Below, one piece after another: positions 48,967 through 58,882 of a stretch of DNA of 64,000 bases. This DNA is from Gammaproteobacteria bacterium (GTDB taxonomy: Bacteria; Pseudomonadota; Gammaproteobacteria; Steroidobacterales; Steroidobacteraceae): positions 5,285 through 69,284 of the forward strand of contig JAABQQ010000238.1 of NCBI GenBank assembly GCA_011391405.1, in the 5' to 3' direction. The notes beneath the pieces were generated by a model that saw nothing but the letters and a program-made list of their open reading frames with translations, made no database searches and was not told where the DNA came from. Position 1 is the stretch's first letter, and every line of letters begins with the position of its first letter. A program made the position numbers and the translations under genes.

Positions 48967-49953
48967 ATGAACATGAAGAACACAGAACGTAAGATCGTTC
49001 GCGCGCGAGCGACCGCATCACTGGTGGCGCTTACATTGCTGGCCACGGGCTGTGCCGGCAAGAAGGATGAAGCGGCCGGCTTCGCAACGCCAGAGGCCGC
49101 CGTCGCAGCGCTCGTCGCAGCGCTGGAAAAAGACGACACCGCGGCGATGGCCAAGCTGCTGGGTCCCGGGACCGAGGATCTGTTGTCTTCGGGCGACCCT
49201 GTGGCCGACAAGACGGACCGTGCTGATTTCCTCGCGTCGTATAAGGCGAAGAACGCACTCGCGGCGGACGGCGACAAGATGCTGCTGACCGTCGGCGACA
49301 ACGAGTGGCCGATGCCGATCCCGCTCGTGCAGCGTGACGGCAAGTGGGTCTGGGACGGCGCGGCCGGCGCGGACGAAGTGATCTACCGGCGAGTGGGTGA
49401 GAACGAGCTGGGCGCCATTGACGTGATGTACGGCTACGTGAACGCGCAGAACGCCTACGCGTCCGAGGGGCGTGATGGCGATCCAGCGGGCATTTACGCG
49501 CTGAAGCTGATCAGCGACGAAGGCATGCACAACGGCTTGTACTGGCCGACCGCCGAGGGTGAGACGCCGAGCCCGTCCGGCCCGTTCGTCGCAGCCGCCG
49601 CGGAGGAGGGGTATGCGGCTGGCGGGCGTACGCCATACCACGGCTATTACTACCGCATGCTGTATGCGCAGGGCACCAATGCGAACGGCGGCGCCCGCGA
49701 ATACTTCAAGGACGGCGTGCTGACCGAAGGTTTCGCGGGAATCGCGTGGCCTGCCGACTATGGCGTCAGCGGCGTGATGACCTTCATCGTCAATCACGAC
49801 GGCGTGGTCTTCCAGCAAGACCTGGGCGAGGACACGGCGACGGTCGTCGAGACGATCCAGAAGTTCGATCCGGATTCGACGTGGACTGCGATTGTCCCGC
49901 CGGAACTCAGCAGCGAAGCGCCGGTAGCGACCGAGGCGGCGCCGGCTTCCTGA
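48967..49953 (+). CDS. DUF2950-family lipoprotein
   Basis: Lipobox ATGC. The motifs YALKLISDEG..GLYWPT and YHGYYYRML are typical of DUF2950. It lies directly downstream of DUF3300, the usual pairing. Confidence 0.65.
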   Translation: MNMKNTERKIVRARATASLVALTLLATGCAGKKDEAAGFATPEAAVAALVAALEKDDTAAMAKLLGPGTEDLLSSGDPVADKTDRADFLASYKAKNALAADGDKMLLTVGDNEWPMPIPLVQRDGKWVWDGAAGADEVIYRRVGENELGAIDVMYGYVNAQNAYASEGRDGDPAGIYALKLISDEGMHNGLYWPTAEGETPSPSGPFVAAAAEEGYAAGGRTPYHGYYYRMLYAQGTNANGGAREYFKDGVLTEGFAGIAWPADYGVSGVMTFIVNHDGVVFQQDLGEDTATVVETIQKFDPDSTWTAIVPPELSSEAPVATEAAPAS

Positions 49954-49978
49954 TCGAACACTGCGAGCGCATCGGATC

Positions 49979-50009
49979 AATGGGCGGCCCTCGGGTCGCC
50001 CATTTTTCT
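49979..50009 (+). terminator. Rho-independent terminator
   Basis: AATGGGCGGCC-CTCG-GGTCGCCCATT (11-bp stem with one G-U pair) followed by TTTCT, the stem's own terminal TT making a run of five T; 25 nt after the DUF2950 stop. Confidence 0.8.
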
Positions 50010-50107
50010 GGTGCGCCAGGAGAACGTGAGTCCGGCAGACTTCGGCAGATCACGATGACGGGGCGAGCGGCCTGCCGGACAATGCGCGCCTGTCGAAGGA
50101 GAATTAC

Positions 50108-51871
50108 GTGAGTGGCAATCCCGGCGCGCAGCGCATGACCCCCTCGGAAGCCCTGGTCGAAACGCTCGCCGCCAACGGCGTTACCGACGTCTTTGGCATC
50201 GTCGGCTCGGCCTACATGGATGCCCTGGACATCTTCCCGGCCGCCGGTATCCGGTTCATTCCGGTGGCGCACGAGCAGGGCGCAGCGCACATGGCCGATG
50301 GCTATGCGCGCGCCTCCGGTCGCCACGGCGTGTGCATCGCCCAGAACGGCCCCGGCATCACGAATTTCGTCACTGCCATTGCCGCCGCCTACTGGGCGCA
50401 CTCACCGGTCGTGTTCATTACGCCGGAGACGGGCTCGATGACGATGGGGCTCGGCGGTTTCCAGGAAACGGAACAGCTGCCGATTTTCTCGAAGATCACC
50501 AGGTTCCAGGGTCACGTCAACAATCCGCGGCGCATGGCCGAAATCGCGGCCCGCTGCTTCGACCGCGCCATGCTGGAGATGGGTCCGGCACAGCTCAACA
50601 TTCCGCGCGACTACTTCTATGGCGAATGCACTGCAGTGATTGCGCCACCCATGCGCATCGGTCGTGGGCCGGGCGATGCCCAGGCGCTGGATGAAGCAGC
50701 TGCCTTGCTCGCAAGGGCGAAATTCCCGGTCATCCTGGCGGGCGGCGGCGTCATCGTCGCCGAGGGCGCCAGGGAAGCGGTGCAGCTCGCCGAACTTCTG
50801 CACGCGCCGGTCTGCAACAGCTACCTGCACAACGATTCGTTCCCGGCCTCGCACCCGCTCTGGTGTGGTCCGCTCGGCTACCAGGGCTCCAAGGCTGCGA
50901 TGAAGCTGATTGCCCAGGCGGATGTCGTACTCGCGCTTGGCACGCGGCTCGGCCCGTTCGGCACGCTGCCGCAACACGGCCTGGATTACTGGCCGGCCAG
51001 TGCGAAGATCATCCAGGTCGACGTCGACGCGAAGATGCTGGGGCTGGTCAAGCCGATCTCGGTGGGCATCAACGGCGATGCGAAAGCCGCGGCGGCGGCG
51101 CTGCTCGAGCGTCTCGCTGGACGCGATCTCGACTGCAGCGCGAACAAGGCCGAGCGCTCGCAGCGGATCGTGGCCGAGAAGTCTGCGTGGGAGCAGGAAC
51201 TCGGCGCATGGACGCACGAGCGCGATCCATTCTCCCTCGAAATCGCCAAGGACTCGAAGTTCATGCATCCCCGCCAGATGCTGCGCGAGCTCGAGCAAGC
51301 CATGCCGCCAGGTGCGATGGTTTCGACGGACATCGGCAACGTCTGCTCAGTCGCGAATTCCTACCTGCGGTTCGAGCAGCCGCGCTCGCTGTTCGCCGCT
51401 ATGAGTTTCGGCAACTGCGGTTATGCTTTTCCCGTGGCGTGCGGCGCAAAGATCGCATCGCCCGAGCGGCCGGCCATTGCGTACGTGGGCGACGGCGCCT
51501 GGGGCATCAGCCTGAACGAGCTGCTCACGTGCGCCCGCGAGAAGATCGGCGTGACAGTGATCGTCTTCAACAACGGCCAGTGGGGCGCCGAGAAAAAGAA
51601 CCACGTCGATTTCTACTCGCAGCGCTTCAATGCCGTCAATCTCGACAGCCCGAGCTGGGCGGCGGTCGCGCAGGCGTTCGGTTGCGAAGGAGTGACGGTC
51701 GACAGGCTGTCGGACGTTGGCCCCGCCTTGCAGGCTTCGGTGCAAGCGCAGGCAGCAGGAAAATGCACGGTCATCGAGATGATGCTGACGCAGGAACTGG
51801 GCGATCCGTTCCGGCGTGATGCGCTGTCGAAGCCAGTGCGCTACCTGGAGAAGTACCAGGCGTACACCTGA
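50108..51871 (+). CDS. xsc: Thiamine-diphosphate enzyme, sulfoacetaldehyde acetyltransferase (Xsc)-like / acetolactate-synthase superfamily
   Basis: From memory, the N-terminus MTPSEALVETLAANGVTDVFGIVGSAYMDALDIFPAAGIRF..HEQGAAHMADGYAR closely resembles Xsc proteins. GDGAWGISLNEL...NNGQWGAEKKN TPP motif. 587 aa. GGAG SD before the GTG start. Confidence 0.5.
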   Translation: MSGNPGAQRMTPSEALVETLAANGVTDVFGIVGSAYMDALDIFPAAGIRFIPVAHEQGAAHMADGYARASGRHGVCIAQNGPGITNFVTAIAAAYWAHSPVVFITPETGSMTMGLGGFQETEQLPIFSKITRFQGHVNNPRRMAEIAARCFDRAMLEMGPAQLNIPRDYFYGECTAVIAPPMRIGRGPGDAQALDEAAALLARAKFPVILAGGGVIVAEGAREAVQLAELLHAPVCNSYLHNDSFPASHPLWCGPLGYQGSKAAMKLIAQADVVLALGTRLGPFGTLPQHGLDYWPASAKIIQVDVDAKMLGLVKPISVGINGDAKAAAAALLERLAGRDLDCSANKAERSQRIVAEKSAWEQELGAWTHERDPFSLEIAKDSKFMHPRQMLRELEQAMPPGAMVSTDIGNVCSVANSYLRFEQPRSLFAAMSFGNCGYAFPVACGAKIASPERPAIAYVGDGAWGISLNELLTCAREKIGVTVIVFNNGQWGAEKKNHVDFYSQRFNAVNLDSPSWAAVAQAFGCEGVTVDRLSDVGPALQASVQAQAAGKCTVIEMMLTQELGDPFRRDALSKPVRYLEKYQAYT

Positions 51872-51947
51872 CGCCGGCCCGCCCCGCGACTTTTCGGTCT
51901 ACGATGCCGGATACCACGGTCATCGCTCTCCAGGTCTCGCTGTCACC

Positions 51948-53270
51948 ATGCCTGTCGACACCCGCCGCAAGAGCGGCGCCGTTCCCACCTCCCGCCTCGG
52001 TCGGGCGTTACGCTTCGGCATGCTGACCGGCGAGCTCGCACTGTCGGCAGCCGTGGGCACGGCGCGGCAACTGTCGAGCGGCAAGCCTGTCGACCTGGCG
52101 GCTTCGCTGCTCACCCCGGGCAATGCGGAAATGCTTGCGCGCAGGCTCGCGGTGCTGCGTGGACCCGCCATGAAACTCGGGCAACTGATCTCGATGTCAG
52201 GTGAAGAACTCGTGCCCGAGGAGTTCCGCCGCGCACTCGACGTGCTGCGTTCACAGGGCTACTCGATGCCCGACAGCCAGCTGCGTCGCGTGCTGGGCCG
52301 CGAATACGGCAAGGGCTGGCAGCAGAAATTCGCGCACTTCGATTTCGATCCGGTCGCGGCGGCCTCGATTGGCCAGATCCACCGTGCGCGCAAGCTCGGC
52401 GGTCGCGAACTCGCGCTCAAGATCCAGTATCCCGGCGTGGCGCGCAGCGTGGACAGCGACGTCGACAACCTCGCCACGCTGCTGCGACGCCTCGACTTCC
52501 TGCCGCTGCAGCTCGACGTGCCCGCGCTAACGCGCGAGGCCAAGCGCCAGCTCAAGCTCGAGACAGACTACGAGAGTGAGGCCCGCCACCTCGAGCGCTA
52601 CCGCAAGCTGGTCACCGTCATGCCCGAAGTCGTCGTGCCGCGCGTCGATCGCACGCTCACCACGCGGCACGTGCTGGCGATGGACTGGATCGAGGGTGAA
52701 CCGCTGGAAGCCCTGACGAGTGAGGCCGTGCCGCAGGCGCGGCGCAACGCCGTCGCCCGCACGCTGTATGAACTGATGTTCCGCGAACTGTTCGAGTTCC
52801 GCTTCGTGCAGACCGACCCCAATTTCGCGAACTACCTCTACCTGCCGGCAACGCAGCAGGTGGCGCTGCTCGACCTGGGCTCCGCCGGTGAGTATCCCGC
52901 CGCGCTCGTTGCCAGCTACCGCGATGCGTGTCGCGCCATGCTCGCTGGCGACGACGCTGCCTTGCGCGAAGCCATGTTCGCGATCGGCTACGCCCACCCG
53001 GACGATCCCGAAGCCATGATCCGCAATGCTGCGGACATCATCCGGCTCGCTTGCGAGCCGCTCGTGCATCACGGGCCTTACGATTTTGCCGCGTCGGGCC
53101 TCGCCGTTCGCGCACGCGACCTCGGCCTCGCCGTCGCTTTCGGCAAGGGCTTGCGCTCGCCACCGCCTGCCACGATTTTCCTGCACCGCAAGCTGATCGG
53201 CACGTTCCTGATCTGCGTCAAGCTGCGGGCGCGTATGAACGTGCACGCCATCATCGAAAAATTTCTCTGA
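51948..53270 (+). CDS. ABC1/UbiB-family atypical protein kinase
   Basis: LRGPAMKLGQLISM, AAASIGQIHRA and ALKIQYPGV motifs of ABC1/AarF kinases. Confidence 0.8.
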   Translation: MPVDTRRKSGAVPTSRLGRALRFGMLTGELALSAAVGTARQLSSGKPVDLAASLLTPGNAEMLARRLAVLRGPAMKLGQLISMSGEELVPEEFRRALDVLRSQGYSMPDSQLRRVLGREYGKGWQQKFAHFDFDPVAAASIGQIHRARKLGGRELALKIQYPGVARSVDSDVDNLATLLRRLDFLPLQLDVPALTREAKRQLKLETDYESEARHLERYRKLVTVMPEVVVPRVDRTLTTRHVLAMDWIEGEPLEALTSEAVPQARRNAVARTLYELMFRELFEFRFVQTDPNFANYLYLPATQQVALLDLGSAGEYPAALVASYRDACRAMLAGDDAALREAMFAIGYAHPDDPEAMIRNAADIIRLACEPLVHHGPYDFAASGLAVRARDLGLAVAFGKGLRSPPPATIFLHRKLIGTFLICVKLRARMNVHAIIEKFL

Positions 53271-53276
53271 CCGCTG

Positions 53277-53921
53277 CTACAGCTCGGCGACCGGCCGGAA
53301 CAGCTTTCTTGCAGTCCGCCCCACCATGCGGCACACCACGGCATCGAACGCGCCGCCGACTACGCCGCCGACGACGGGAATCGCTTTCGGAAACTGCGCG
53401 AGGCCGCGCTGGCCGGCCTTCGTCAGCAACTGCAGGCCGATCCGCTTGTTGAACTCGACCAGGGCGCGACCAGGCACCTGCTTCATCGCCGACTGGGGCA
53501 GCTTCGAGCCCAGGTTGAGGCCAAGGTCCGACATGGCTTGTTTCGCGACGTCGCCGGCAAGACTGAGCAGAATCAGCGTTCGAACACGCTCCTCGGCGAG
53601 GTCGTGCCCGTAGATCCTCGCGATCGCGCCGGCCATGCGCGCCTGGATGAGCCAGGATGCCCCGAGTGCCGATGGCACGCCGACCGGCAATGTGACGATG
53701 CCACCGAGACCGGTGATGAATCCGGTCGTGAAGTTCTTGGTCATCTCCCACTTGATCAGCGCAGCCACGCGCTCGTCGTTGCTGTCGAAGTCACGATCAA
53801 TCAGGTACTCATCGGCCAGGTTCGTGGCGCTCGACAGCGGCGGGAACCCGCCCAGCCCCTTCTCCAGCAGGTACTTCACCAGCTTGCCGGCGGACTCGTC
53901 GTTCGGAAGGGTTGCCGTCAT
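53277..53921 (-). CDS. EcsC-family protein
   Basis: 214 aa. The N-terminal VKYLLEKGLGG...ADEY region and Gly-rich amphipathic segments resemble EcsC (PF12787). Motif-level call only. Confidence 0.5.
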   Translation of the reverse strand: MTATLPNDESAGKLVKYLLEKGLGGFPPLSSATNLADEYLIDRDFDSNDERVAALIKWEMTKNFTTGFITGLGGIVTLPVGVPSALGASWLIQARMAGAIARIYGHDLAEERVRTLILLSLAGDVAKQAMSDLGLNLGSKLPQSAMKQVPGRALVEFNKRIGLQLLTKAGQRGLAQFPKAIPVVGGVVGGAFDAVVCRMVGRTARKLFRPVAEL

Positions 53922-54026
53922 TGGTTATGTCTCTTTGGGCTGTCGACGCGCGTCGTCTGCGGCTGCATGCTAAAACGGAGCGGCCAGTGGTGCTGGCTAT
54001 GATCGCAGGACCCGAGGGGAGGTGGC

Positions 54027-54818
54027 GTGCTCAAGTGGAAATTGATGGTCTCGACCCTGCCGGTCGTATTGACCCTGCTCGGCCTGAAGCTGTTCCTCGA
54101 ACGCGTGCTCGGTTTCGAGGGACTGATCGATTTCTCGGACGTCGGCATCATCCTGACCTCCGGCGTATTCCTGATCGGTTTCCTGCTGGCCGGTACCATG
54201 GCCGATTACAAGGAAGCCGAGAAACTGCCGGCCGACCTGTCCTGCACTCTCGAGACCATCGAGGAGATCTGCGTGCTGGCGGCGACGGACCGACCGGCCC
54301 TCGACCTGGCCGACCTGCGCCATGAACTGCTGGCGCTGACCGACGCGATCCGGGCCTGGTTGATGCGACGCGTCTCCACGCCGGAGGTCTACGCCGCCAT
54401 GACCCGGCTGAGCGAAGTGCTGCGGCAACTCGAACGCACCGGGGCCGGCCCGTACGCCTCGCGCGCCGTGCAGCAACTGCTGATGGTACGGAAATGCGTC
54501 AGCCGCATCGACGTGATCGCGCGCACGGGGTTCCTGCCGCCCGCCTATGCTCTGCTCGAAGTGCTGATCGTGATGATCATCTCGCTGATGATGATCGCGC
54601 GCTTCAAGAGCATGATTGCCGAGTCGCTGCTGGTGCCGTTCGTTGCACTGGTAAACATCTACATGCTGCGACTCATCAAGGACGTCGACAACCCGTTCGA
54701 TTTCAAGGAGGGCGCGCGGGATCAGAGCTCGGGCGAGGTCGCGCTGTTTCCGCTCGACGAGTACCGCGAGCGGCTGGCGGCACGCGTCGGTCAATCATCC
54801 CAGGGGAGACACGCATGA
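54027..54818 (+). CDS. Membrane protein of unknown function (possibly bestrophin/UPF0187-like)
   Basis: Two N-terminal and two C-terminal TM helices flank a helical soluble region. A VDNPFDF motif lies near the end. GGGGAGG SD before the GTG start. Confidence 0.4.
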   Translation: MLKWKLMVSTLPVVLTLLGLKLFLERVLGFEGLIDFSDVGIILTSGVFLIGFLLAGTMADYKEAEKLPADLSCTLETIEEICVLAATDRPALDLADLRHELLALTDAIRAWLMRRVSTPEVYAAMTRLSEVLRQLERTGAGPYASRAVQQLLMVRKCVSRIDVIARTGFLPPAYALLEVLIVMIISLMMIARFKSMIAESLLVPFVALVNIYMLRLIKDVDNPFDFKEGARDQSSGEVALFPLDEYRERLAARVGQSSQGRHA

Positions 54819-55591
54819 CGGCATCCGCATCGTTCAATCTCGCGGGCCGGGTGGCCTTGGTGACTGGCGGCAACCGGGGCATCGGCCGTGGCATTGCTCT
54901 CGGCTTTGCGCAGGCAGGAGCAGCCGTCGCGATCTTCGGACGCAACGCGGAGAAGAATGCCGAGGTGCTGGCGGAACTGAAGGCCACCGGAGCACGCGCG
55001 TTGGCGCTCGCGGTGGACGTCACGGATCGTACCGCGCTCGAACCCGCATTCCGCCGGGTCGAGGTGGAACTGGGTCCGGTGGACATCCTCGTCAACAACG
55101 CCGGTATCGCCAACGTCACCGGCGGCATCCTGCAGGAGACGGCCGAATCCTGGGATGCCGTCATCGAGACGCAGCTGAACGCCGTGTTCCTGCTGTCGAA
55201 AATTGCCGCCGCGTCGATGGCCACCCGCAAGCGCGGCAAGATCATCAACGTCGGCAGCATGTATTCCTATTTTGGTGCCGGACCGATTCCCTCCTACAGC
55301 GCCGCGAAAGGCGCGATCGTGCAACTCACCAGGTCGATGGCCATCGAGCTGGCGCCGCATGGCATCCAGGTCAACGCAATCGCACCGGGCTGGGTCGAGA
55401 CGGACATGACCGCGGTTGTCCGGACCAGGGAATTCAAGACCATGAACGACGAGATTCTGGCACGCACGCCCGCCGGCCGCTGGGGACAGCCCGAGGAGAT
55501 GGCTGGAACGGCGATCTTCCTGGCCTCGAGCGCCGCAGACTTCGTCACCGGCGAAACGATCCGCGTCGACGGCGGCTACGCCATCCGCTGA
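54815..55591 (+). CDS. Short-chain dehydrogenase/reductase (FabG/KduD-like)
   Basis: VTGGNRGIGRGIA, NNAG and YSAAK motifs. ATGA overlap with the upstream gene. Confidence 0.85.
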   Translation: MTASASFNLAGRVALVTGGNRGIGRGIALGFAQAGAAVAIFGRNAEKNAEVLAELKATGARALALAVDVTDRTALEPAFRRVEVELGPVDILVNNAGIANVTGGILQETAESWDAVIETQLNAVFLLSKIAAASMATRKRGKIINVGSMYSYFGAGPIPSYSAAKGAIVQLTRSMAIELAPHGIQVNAIAPGWVETDMTAVVRTREFKTMNDEILARTPAGRWGQPEEMAGTAIFLASSAADFVTGETIRVDGGYAIR

Positions 55592-55635
55592 GGTTGCAGA
55601 ACACCTATACGCGGACCTGACGTGAAGGACAGAGC

Positions 55636-57336
55636 TTGAACCGCTGGACACGGTGGCTGCCCGGACTGCAGACCCTGGGCCGCTACGAAGCCGCCTGGCT
55701 GCCACGCGACCTGATGGCCGGCCTGGTGCTGACGACGATGCTGGTGCCGGTCGGCATCGCTTATGCCGTTGCCTCGGGCGTCCCGGGAATCTACGGCCTG
55801 TATGCCACGATCGTCCCGCTGCTGGCCTACGCACTGTTCGGTCCCAGCCGGATCCTGGTGCTGGGGCCGGACTCCTCCCTCGCCGCGGTGATTCTCGCGG
55901 TCGTGTTGCCGCTCTCGGGCGGCGAGCCGATGCGAGCCGTGGCCCTGGCGAGCATGATGGCGGTCGTCTCCGGGCTGGTGTGCATCCTGATCGGCGTGCT
56001 GCGCCTGGGATTCGTCACCGAGCTGCTGTCCAAGCCGATCCGCTACGGCTACATGAACGGCATCGCGCTCACGGTGCTGATCAGCCAGTTGCCCAAGCTG
56101 TTCGGCTTCTCGATCGACGGTGGCGGTCCGGTACGCGACGTGACGCAGATCGCCACGGCGGTGCTGGACGGCAAGGCCAACTGGGTTGCGTTCGCGGTAG
56201 GCGCCTCGACGCTGGCCGCGATCCTGCTGCTGAAGCGCTTCCACCGGGTGCCGGGCCTCCTGATTGCGGTCGTGGGTGCGACCGTTGCCGTCGGCGTGCT
56301 TGCTCTCGACCAGGACGCTGCAGTGAAGGTGCTTGGTCCACTGCCGCAAGGCCTGCCCTCGTTCACCCTGCCATGGATCGGTCTCGCCGACCTCGGCCAG
56401 GTGGTGATAGGCGGCTGCGCCGTCGCCATGGTCGCGTTCGCCGACACCAGCGTGCTGTCCCGCACCTATGCGGCCAGGACTCGCACCAGGGTTGATCCGA
56501 ACCAGGAGATGATCGGCCTCGGTGTCGCCAACCTCGCCGGCGGGCTGTTTCAGGGGTTTCCGATCAGCAGCAGCTCGTCGCGTACCCCGGTCGCCGAGGC
56601 CGCGGGCGCGCGGACCCAGCTCACAGGAGTGGTCGGCGCCGTGGCCGTCGCGTTGCTGCTGGTGCTGGCACCCGACCTGCTGCAGCACCTGCCTAACAGC
56701 GCGCTGGCGGCAGTCGTGATCGCCTCAGCCTGCGGACTGTTCGAATTCAACGACCTGCGCCGTATCTTTCGCATCCAGCGCTGGGAGTTCTGGCTGTCCG
56801 TCGCCTGCTTCGCCGGCGTCGCCTTGCTGGGAGTGATTCCCGGCATCGGCCTGGCGATCATCATCGCGGTCATTGAATTCCTGTGGGACGGCTGGCGGCC
56901 CCACCATGCCGTGCTGGGCCGGGTCGACGGCATCCGCGGCTACCACGACATCCAGCGCTACCCGGCGGCGCGACTGATCCCCGGCCTGGTGCTGTTCCGC
57001 TGGGATGCGCCGCTGTTTTTCGCCAACGCCGAGCTGTTCCACGCGAGCGTGCTGGAAGCTGTCGCGCAGTCGCCGACGCCGGTGCGGCGCATCGTCGTGT
57101 CCGCCGAGCCGGTCACCAGCGTCGACGTGACATCGGCGGACGTGCTGGCCGAGCTGGCACAAAAGCTGCGCGAAGCGGGCGTCGAACTGCGGTTCGCGGA
57201 AATGAAGGATCCGGTCAAGGACAAGCTGAAACGCTTTGAACTGCTCGAGCGCCTCGGCGCCGCGAGTTTCTACCCCACCCTGGGGGCCGCCGTCGACGCG
57301 TATCTCGATGAGCACGCCGTGGACTGGAAACCTTGA
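55636..57336 (+). CDS. SulP-family anion transporter with a C-terminal STAS domain
   Basis: Polytopic SLC26/SulP core (GIAYAVASGVP...) and a STAS domain with a VTSVDVTSADVL motif. TTG start. Confidence 0.85.
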   Translation: MNRWTRWLPGLQTLGRYEAAWLPRDLMAGLVLTTMLVPVGIAYAVASGVPGIYGLYATIVPLLAYALFGPSRILVLGPDSSLAAVILAVVLPLSGGEPMRAVALASMMAVVSGLVCILIGVLRLGFVTELLSKPIRYGYMNGIALTVLISQLPKLFGFSIDGGGPVRDVTQIATAVLDGKANWVAFAVGASTLAAILLLKRFHRVPGLLIAVVGATVAVGVLALDQDAAVKVLGPLPQGLPSFTLPWIGLADLGQVVIGGCAVAMVAFADTSVLSRTYAARTRTRVDPNQEMIGLGVANLAGGLFQGFPISSSSSRTPVAEAAGARTQLTGVVGAVAVALLLVLAPDLLQHLPNSALAAVVIASACGLFEFNDLRRIFRIQRWEFWLSVACFAGVALLGVIPGIGLAIIIAVIEFLWDGWRPHHAVLGRVDGIRGYHDIQRYPAARLIPGLVLFRWDAPLFFANAELFHASVLEAVAQSPTPVRRIVVSAEPVTSVDVTSADVLAELAQKLREAGVELRFAEMKDPVKDKLKRFELLERLGAASFYPTLGAAVDAYLDEHAVDWKP

Positions 57337-57367
57337 AAGGCTGCCCCGGCGCCAGACAACAGGAAGC

Positions 57368-58867
57368 ATGACCATGACTGTAATCGTTCCTCGGTGGGAG
57401 TGGCGCTGGTTCGGGCCGCGTCTCGGACCTGCAGAATCAAAGCTGGCGGCACTAGCCCCGGTCGGCGTCCAGGAGAGTAGCGAGACCTACCTGCTTTCCG
57501 GGGCCGGCGACAACGTGAAGGTGCGCGACGCACTCATGGACATCAAGGTCCTGCGCGAGGTGGATCGCAACGGCCTGGAGCAATGGACGCCCGTCATGAA
57601 GGCGGGATTCCCGTTGCCGGCGGCCGAGGTGGCCAAGGTGTTCGAGGCGCTTCGCCTCGAACAGCCACCGCTGCGCCGCGAGAGCTACAGCCTGGACGAG
57701 TTCATCCGCGAGCTCGCCGTGCCTAGCGGCCACATTCGCGCCGTCAGCGTGGACAAGCGACGAACGCGCTACACGGTGGGCGGGTGCATGGCCGAGCTTT
57801 CCGAAGTCGTCGCGGACGGCAAGCCGACGCGCACGATCGCCGTCGAATCCGAGGACGCCGCTGCGGTCATCGCCGCCGTCCACAGCCTGGGATTGAGCGG
57901 CTACGTGAACACGAGCTACCCCCGCGGCCTGGCCGCGCTGATCGACGGCGAGCCGTTGCGCTTTGCGGTGATCGACGTCGGCACCAATTCGATCAAGTTC
58001 CACATCGGCGAGCGTGAACGTGACGGCAAGTGGCACGCCGTCGTCGACCGCGCGGAGATGACCCGCCTGGGTGAGGGACTCGAGCAGCACGGCGTCATCG
58101 CCGACGCCGCGCTCGAACGGACAGCTGCCGCGATTGCAGGCATGGTCGATGAAGCAAAGCGACACAAGATACTGGCGACCGCAGCGGTGGGCACCGCTGG
58201 CCTGCGCATCGCGTCCAACCGCGACGTAGTCCTCGCCGCGATCGAGGCGCGCACGGGCGTGCGCATCGCAGTGATCTCGGGCGAAGAAGAGGGTCGGCTG
58301 GCGTACGTGGCAGCCAGGTCGGGACTCGGCTTGAGCACGGGCTCGCTCGTGGCGTTCGACACCGGCGGTGGCAGTACGCAGTTCACCTTCGGGCACGAGT
58401 CGAGCGTGGACGAGCGCTTCAGCGTCGACGTCGGTGCGGTGCGTTACACCGAGCGCTTCAAGCTGGACGGCATCGTCTCAGCCGAGGTCTTGCGCGGGGC
58501 CATGGCAGCCATTGCGGCAGACCTGTCACGCATCGACGGTCGCCCGGTTCCTGCCGCACTGGTGGCGATGGGTGGCGCGGTGACCAACATCACCGCCGTC
58601 AAGCACGGACTTGCGCGCTACGATCCAACGATCGTCCAGGGCACAGTGCTCGACCGCGCCGAAATCGACCGGCAGATCGAGCTTTACCGGTCGCGGGATG
58701 CCGACGGCCGTCGTACCATCGTCGGGCTGCAGCCGAAACGGGCGGAAGTCATTCTCGCCGGTGCGTGCATCGTCCGGACCGTCATGGAGAAACTGGGCAA
58801 GGAGACGCTGACGGTGAGCGATCGCGGCCTGCGCCACGGGGTGCTGGCCGAACGATTTGGTCCATGA
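57368..58867 (+). CDS. Fusion protein: N-terminal CYTH-like (triphosphate-tunnel) domain plus a C-terminal Ppx/GppA phosphatase domain
   Basis: The C-terminal ~310 aa begin FAVIDVGTNSIKFHIGE (ASKHA-fold Ppx/GppA) with a later FDTGGGSTQF. The N-terminal ~190 aa show an alternating charged beta-strand pattern (EWRWF, VKVRD, VDKRRTRY, MAELSEV). Confidence 0.7.
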   Translation: MTMTVIVPRWEWRWFGPRLGPAESKLAALAPVGVQESSETYLLSGAGDNVKVRDALMDIKVLREVDRNGLEQWTPVMKAGFPLPAAEVAKVFEALRLEQPPLRRESYSLDEFIRELAVPSGHIRAVSVDKRRTRYTVGGCMAELSEVVADGKPTRTIAVESEDAAAVIAAVHSLGLSGYVNTSYPRGLAALIDGEPLRFAVIDVGTNSIKFHIGERERDGKWHAVVDRAEMTRLGEGLEQHGVIADAALERTAAAIAGMVDEAKRHKILATAAVGTAGLRIASNRDVVLAAIEARTGVRIAVISGEEEGRLAYVAARSGLGLSTGSLVAFDTGGGSTQFTFGHESSVDERFSVDVGAVRYTERFKLDGIVSAEVLRGAMAAIAADLSRIDGRPVPAALVAMGGAVTNITAVKHGLARYDPTIVQGTVLDRAEIDRQIELYRSRDADGRRTIVGLQPKRAEVILAGACIVRTVMEKLGKETLTVSDRGLRHGVLAERFGP

Positions 58868-58882
58868 ATTACGGAGCAGACC

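Noticed and set aside
50030-50078. 8-bp inverted repeat TCCGGCAG...CTGCCGGA, 33 nt apart, upstream of the Xsc-like gene; a possible regulator site.
   Set aside because: The repeat is short and GC-rich, such matches are common at this base composition, and no adjacent regulator gene supports it.
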